Assembly (NCBI GenBank): GCA_963772835.1
Contig: CAVYYZ010000011.1
Span: 160,001-224,000 of the forward strand
DNA: 64,000 nt
Direction of reading: 5' to 3'
From: an uncultured delta proteobacterium
Lineage (GTDB): Bacteria > Desulfobacterota > Desulfuromonadia > Geobacterales > Pseudopelobacteraceae
The position numbers and the translations under genes are program-made. Within the stretch, counting starts at the first letter, position 1. The number at the start of each line of letters is the position of its first letter. Below are positions 59,841 through 64,000 of this stretch, one piece after another. The notes beneath the pieces are model-generated. The model was not told where the DNA came from and made no database searches. It was given only the letters and a program-made list of their open reading frames with translations.

Positions 59841-60764
59841 ATGTATCTGTCATCTTTACGAACGTTTGTTTTTATGTTCTGCATTGGTCTGGCGTGTTTT
59901 GCCTCTGCCGCTGAACGTCCGAAGCGGATAAAGAATGAAACCACTATGACACCCGCCCCGATGTCCGTTCCGATTACTATTCTCAGCATTATTCCCGCCC
60001 AGGCTGAGCCGGGTGCAAAAGTCATACTTTCCGGATCCGGTTTTGGAGAACGTTCCAGTGTTTTTCTCGGGAGTGTTGAAATCCCTGCCTTGATAACCGC
60101 TGCCAGGCAGGCTGAATTCAATGTGCCTCTGCAACTGGAGGCCGGTATATACGCCCTGTACCTGAAACGTTCTGATGGTATGACCGGCAGATCATATAAC
60201 TTTTCGGTACTCCCTGTCCGACCAGTACTTAATTCTCTGCAGCCGCCCCAGATCAGTTTCTGCGCCGCCGGCAAGGAGCGGGAAGTGACTGCCCATGGCA
60301 GTAATTTTAACAGCAGCTCGATGCTTTTCTTTGATGGAGCTGCACTCAACAGCACATTACTTTCATCAGAATCAATCTCTTTCACTGTTCCGGCCTTACC
60401 AGGAGGAATTCACCAGGTGCAGGTGAAAAACGCACCCGAAAACAGTTCGATACCTCTTACGCTTGCTGTCGAATCCAGACCGGAAATTGACCAGGTGACG
60501 ATAGGAAACGAGCATGTCAGCTATTATGAACTGAATATTGACGGCAGGAATTTCAATCAAAATTCATCGCTGTATGTCGACGGTATGCAGATCGGCGGAC
60601 GAGGCGGACAGGATATGACCGAGCGGGAAAAACTTATCTTTATCAGCTGCACAAAATTAATTTATCAGCGTCATCCCTATTCTCCGGTTAATAAAGACTT
60701 TCGCCTTCAGGTCGTCAATCCCGGAGGAGATGGCAGTCAGGCTATTACCGTGACAGCTCCGTGA
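59841..60764 (+). CDS. Exported IPT/TIG-domain protein
   Basis: Signal peptide; three Ig-like units (P....PG..V.LSGSGF; P....VTAHGSNF; IDGRNF). Confidence 0.8.
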   Translation: MYLSSLRTFVFMFCIGLACFASAAERPKRIKNETTMTPAPMSVPITILSIIPAQAEPGAKVILSGSGFGERSSVFLGSVEIPALITAARQAEFNVPLQLEAGIYALYLKRSDGMTGRSYNFSVLPVRPVLNSLQPPQISFCAAGKEREVTAHGSNFNSSSMLFFDGAALNSTLLSSESISFTVPALPGGIHQVQVKNAPENSSIPLTLAVESRPEIDQVTIGNEHVSYYELNIDGRNFNQNSSLYVDGMQIGGRGGQDMTEREKLIFISCTKLIYQRHPYSPVNKDFRLQVVNPGGDGSQAITVTAP

Positions 60765-60798
60765 CGTTGCTCTAAAATATTTAAAAGGACTTCAATAC

Positions 60799-62709
60799 AT
60801 GCAGGTAAAAAGCAGATTTAATTCAATTTATACTCTCTGGCTGATTATTATAACTTTTTCAATCGTAACCCGGACTATTCTGCTGGTAAAGTCGCTTCCC
60901 CAACTCGATCTGAATCCAATGCTGCTGCTGAAAATATATGCGGTCGGTTTCTTATTTGATTGTGTAACCTTTTCGTACAGTGCAATTCCGCTCGTATTGG
61001 TTGCGGTCATCCTGCCGGATAAAGTGTTCAACAGCACCTTGTCCAAGGTTTGTGCCTACACAGCAGGATTTGTCATTACGTACATGATGCTGTTCAACGT
61101 CGTTGCCGAATACACGTTCTTTGATGAATTTGCCACCCGCTTCAATTTTATCGCGGTGGATTATCTGGTATATACCAATGAAGTGATCAGCAATATCAGG
61201 GAGTCATACCCGGTCAATACAATCCTTATCGTGCTGCTGCTGTTGTGCCTATTTGTTTTCCTTCCCGTTAAGAAACATCTTTCACACTCCTTTTCATTCA
61301 AATCAAGTATCGGCAGTCGCCTGAGGAATGGCGGGGTACTGCTCCTCCTGCCACTGTTCTCGTTTGCCGCAGTTGATCTGTCACTGACACATATATCTCC
61401 AAACAATTATGCGAACGAGTTGGCCGGAAACGGCATATATTGTCTTTTTGCTGCGTTCAGAAATAATGAGCTGGATTTCAATAAATTTTACGTCAACAAG
61501 GACGATCAAACGGTGCTCACACGACTGAAAGTGATGCTGCAGGAAAGGAACAGCCGCTTTGAGTCTCAGAACGTCACTTCCGTTTCAAGAATCATACAGC
61601 CACGTGGAGCAGAAAAGCGATTGAACGTTGTTGTTATAGTTGAAGAGAGCCTGAGTTCAGAGTTTCTTACTTCATTCGGGAACAAAAATGGATTAACTCC
61701 GAATCTGGACAAGTTGGCCAGGGAATCGCTCTTTTTCACACATTTGTATGCAACCGGCACCCGTACCGTGCGCGGGTTGGAGGCTATTACGCTCTCCATC
61801 CCCCCGCTGCCGGGGACTTCAATCATTAAACGCCCCAATAATGAAAACTTTGTTTCCTGGGGTTCGATAATGAAGAAGAAGGGTTACGATAATAAGTTTA
61901 TTTATGCCGGGTACGGATATTTTGATAACATGAACTATTTCTTTGGAACGAACGGATTTTCGACGATTGACCGGACTAATTTTAACAAAAATGAAATAAC
62001 ATTTACCAATGCATGGGGGGTGTGCGACGAAGACCTGTTCTTGAAGGTCATCAAGGAGGGGGATGTATCCTATTCAAATAAAAAACCATTTTTCAGTGTC
62101 GTGATGACTACCTCGAATCACCGCCCATTTACGTATCCTGACGGCAAGATTGATATACCATCACATTCCGGCCGGAGCGGCGGAGTCAAGTATGCTGACT
62201 ATGCAATCGGACGCCTGCTGGCAGAGGCAAAAAAGAAACCCTGGTTCAATGACACCATTTTTGTCATTGTGGCAGATCACTGCGGAGATAGTGCCGCAAA
62301 GCTTGCTCTGCCGGTAAAAAATTATGAAATCCCGCTATTTATCTATGCTCCGTCAATCGTTAAACCGCAGGTCGTCGATCGAATGATGAGCCAGATTGAT
62401 GTCGCTCCAACAGTCCTCGGGATGCTCAACTTTACATACACCAGCGCATTTATCGGCAAGGATATTATGACCACAGAAAAGTGGAGTGAACGGGCGTTCA
62501 TATCGACCTATCAGAAAATCGGCTATATCCAGGATGACAAACTGTTGGTTCTCGGCCCTAAAAAAGAGGCCGATTACTTCAGCTTTGTCCGGAAAGACGG
62601 CGAGACGAACGTACTGCAACCCCGGGAGGATCTGCTATTGGACGCTCTTGCCTACATTCAGGGGACAAATTATATCTATAAAAACGGCTTGAATCGGCTG
62701 AAAAACTGA
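60799..62709 (+). CDS. LTA-synthase-family sulfatase / phosphoglycerol transferase
   Basis: Five N-terminal TM, VEESLS, GTRTVRG, TTSNHRP, VADH, SQIDVAPT. Confidence 0.9.
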   Translation: MQVKSRFNSIYTLWLIIITFSIVTRTILLVKSLPQLDLNPMLLLKIYAVGFLFDCVTFSYSAIPLVLVAVILPDKVFNSTLSKVCAYTAGFVITYMMLFNVVAEYTFFDEFATRFNFIAVDYLVYTNEVISNIRESYPVNTILIVLLLLCLFVFLPVKKHLSHSFSFKSSIGSRLRNGGVLLLLPLFSFAAVDLSLTHISPNNYANELAGNGIYCLFAAFRNNELDFNKFYVNKDDQTVLTRLKVMLQERNSRFESQNVTSVSRIIQPRGAEKRLNVVVIVEESLSSEFLTSFGNKNGLTPNLDKLARESLFFTHLYATGTRTVRGLEAITLSIPPLPGTSIIKRPNNENFVSWGSIMKKKGYDNKFIYAGYGYFDNMNYFFGTNGFSTIDRTNFNKNEITFTNAWGVCDEDLFLKVIKEGDVSYSNKKPFFSVVMTTSNHRPFTYPDGKIDIPSHSGRSGGVKYADYAIGRLLAEAKKKPWFNDTIFVIVADHCGDSAAKLALPVKNYEIPLFIYAPSIVKPQVVDRMMSQIDVAPTVLGMLNFTYTSAFIGKDIMTTEKWSERAFISTYQKIGYIQDDKLLVLGPKKEADYFSFVRKDGETNVLQPREDLLLDALAYIQGTNYIYKNGLNRLKN

Positions 62710-62984
62710 GATTAATTGCTTATCCACCAGGCTGTTGTTTCGGGAGAAGCGGAACCGGCAGGGTAATAAGCATCGCGAACTCAATTTCTTCTTTGCTAAG
62801 GAACGCGTACCAGATATCTGCAGCGCGGGTGGTTTTTGCCGCATCGTTCTGAATTGTATCGGAGACGATGAAAAATCGATGTAACGGGGGAATCCTGATA
62901 TTGTAAACCGGTGTTGCGGCTCGTTTTGTTGCGAAAATATATTGCAATTAAGCCAGGAAATGTGATATTTTTAGATGTTAGTGG

Positions 62985-63020
62985 ACCACAGAGCTCACCA
63001 TGCCCTGTGGTTTTTTATTT
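62985..63020 (+). terminator. Hairpin plus U-tract in the ABC-F upstream region
   Basis: ACCACAGAGC-TCACCAT-GCCCTGTGGT-TTTTTATTT. Confidence 0.55.
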
Positions 63021-63045
63021 CCATTGAAGAGGAGCACCATACAGC

Positions 63046-64000
63046 ATGATTGCAGCATCCAATATAACCCTTTCCTACGGTAAGCGGGTTCTTTTCAAAG
63101 ATGTCAACATCAAGTTCACTCCGGGTAACTGCTACGGACTGATCGGCGCAAATGGAGCGGGAAAATCGACTTTTCTCAAGATTCTTGCCGGTGAACTCGA
63201 TGCCGATAAGGGGGAAATCGTTGTCGGTCCCCGTGAACGAATAGCCGTTCTCCGTCAGGATCAATTCGCGTTCGACGACGAAACCGTCTTCAACACGGTC
63301 ATAATGGGACATAAACAGTTGTATGATGTCATGGCCGCGCGGGAGGCAATTTACTCCAAAGCTGAATTCAGTGAAGCGGACGGGGTGCGGTCAGCCGAGT
63401 TAGAAGGCGAATTTGCCGAAATGAACGGGTATGAAGCCGAATCCGAGGCAGCCGTGCTTTTAAACGGACTCGGTATATCCGAAGAACTGCGGACGAAACA
63501 GATGAAGGATCTTGAGGCTGGTGACAAGGTCCGCGTGCTGTTGGCGCAGGCTCTCTTTGGCAATCCTGATGTGCTGCTGTTGGACGAGCCAACCAATAAT
63601 CTGGATCTGAAGTCAATAAATTGGCTTGAAGAGTTTCTGTTCCGGTTTCCCAATACCGTCATTGTTGTTTCACATGACCGTCATTTTCTGAATCAGGTAT
63701 GTACGCATACTGCTGATATTGATTTCGGGCGGATTCAGATATATGTCGGCAATTATGATTTCTGGTACCATGCCAGTCAATTAAACTTAAAGCAGAAACA
63801 GAACGAAAACCGGAAAGTATCTGAAAGAGCTGATGAACTTAAAGCTTTTATCCAGCGTTTCAGTTCCAATGCATCCAAGGCAAAGCAGGCGACGTCACGC
63901 AGAAAACTGCTCGATAAACTTACCATTGAAGATATGCCGACTTCATCCCGTAAATATCCGCATGTGGTCTTCAAGCCGGAGAGAGCCTGCGGAGACATCA
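63046..64000 (+). CDS. ABC-F family ATPase (YbiT/YkpA-like), truncated by window end
   Basis: Not in the ORF track. GAGGAG RBS, MIAASNITLSYGKRVLFKDVNIKFTPGNCYGLIGANGAGKST, LLLDEPTNNLD, VVSHDRHFLN, GNYDFW; open to the end. Confidence 0.93.
   Translation, partial: MIAASNITLSYGKRVLFKDVNIKFTPGNCYGLIGANGAGKSTFLKILAGELDADKGEIVVGPRERIAVLRQDQFAFDDETVFNTVIMGHKQLYDVMAAREAIYSKAEFSEADGVRSAELEGEFAEMNGYEAESEAAVLLNGLGISEELRTKQMKDLEAGDKVRVLLAQALFGNPDVLLLDEPTNNLDLKSINWLEEFLFRFPNTVIVVSHDRHFLNQVCTHTADIDFGRIQIYVGNYDFWYHASQLNLKQKQNENRKVSERADELKAFIQRFSSNASKAKQATSRRKLLDKLTIEDMPTSSRKYPHVVFKPERACGDI

Noticed and set aside
62720..62947. 75-aa minus-strand ORF between the sulfatase and ABC-F genes
   Set aside because: No RBS or motif, and it overlaps the likely ABC-F promoter.

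Overview
A 64-kb chromosomal window from a Geobacteraceae-type deltaproteobacterium. The taxonomic call rests on a eukaryote-like citrate synthase, a PpcA/c7 cytochrome, several multiheme cytochromes, and a cytochrome-T2SS-ftsEX-ctpA block whose order resembles Geobacter. About 1-20 kb looks accessory and partly GC-richer. It holds a dctBD-SDR-DapA-like cluster, an M23 peptidase followed by an in-frame bactofilin/ParM-like actin chimera, rlpA, c7, nudC, an aldo/keto reductase, an MFS transporter, a split lexA...dinB SOS module and a P-type ATPase. 20-31 kb holds a dodecaheme cytochrome, a sensor kinase, a sigma54-type operon of four uncharacterised small or membrane proteins beside a Cache-domain kinase/NtrC-family pair, and ndh. 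31-52 kb holds a GT2 enzyme, an NHL protein, three multiheme cytochromes, a pulF/E/M/N/O/P/Q-pseudopilin type II secretion cluster, ftsEX-envC-ctpA, a cohesin/dockerin-like protein and a divergent polysaccharide deacetylase. 52-64 kb holds an extended ParA, an M24 peptidase, gltA, rbr, dfx, lptFG, an IPT/TIG protein, an LTA-synthase-family sulfatase and a truncated ABC-F. I saw no rRNA, tRNA, CRISPR array or IS element. Best leads: (1) the sigma54 operon with three TTTGCA-N4-TGCAAA sites and an unannotated 40-aa ORF; (2) the bactofilin-actin fusion; (3) a duplicated lexA/dinB promoter with a lexA relic in the dinB leader; (4) cohesin and dockerin-like modules attached to a cytochrome-linked T2SS. 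All family calls come from motif recognition only; no database searches were run.
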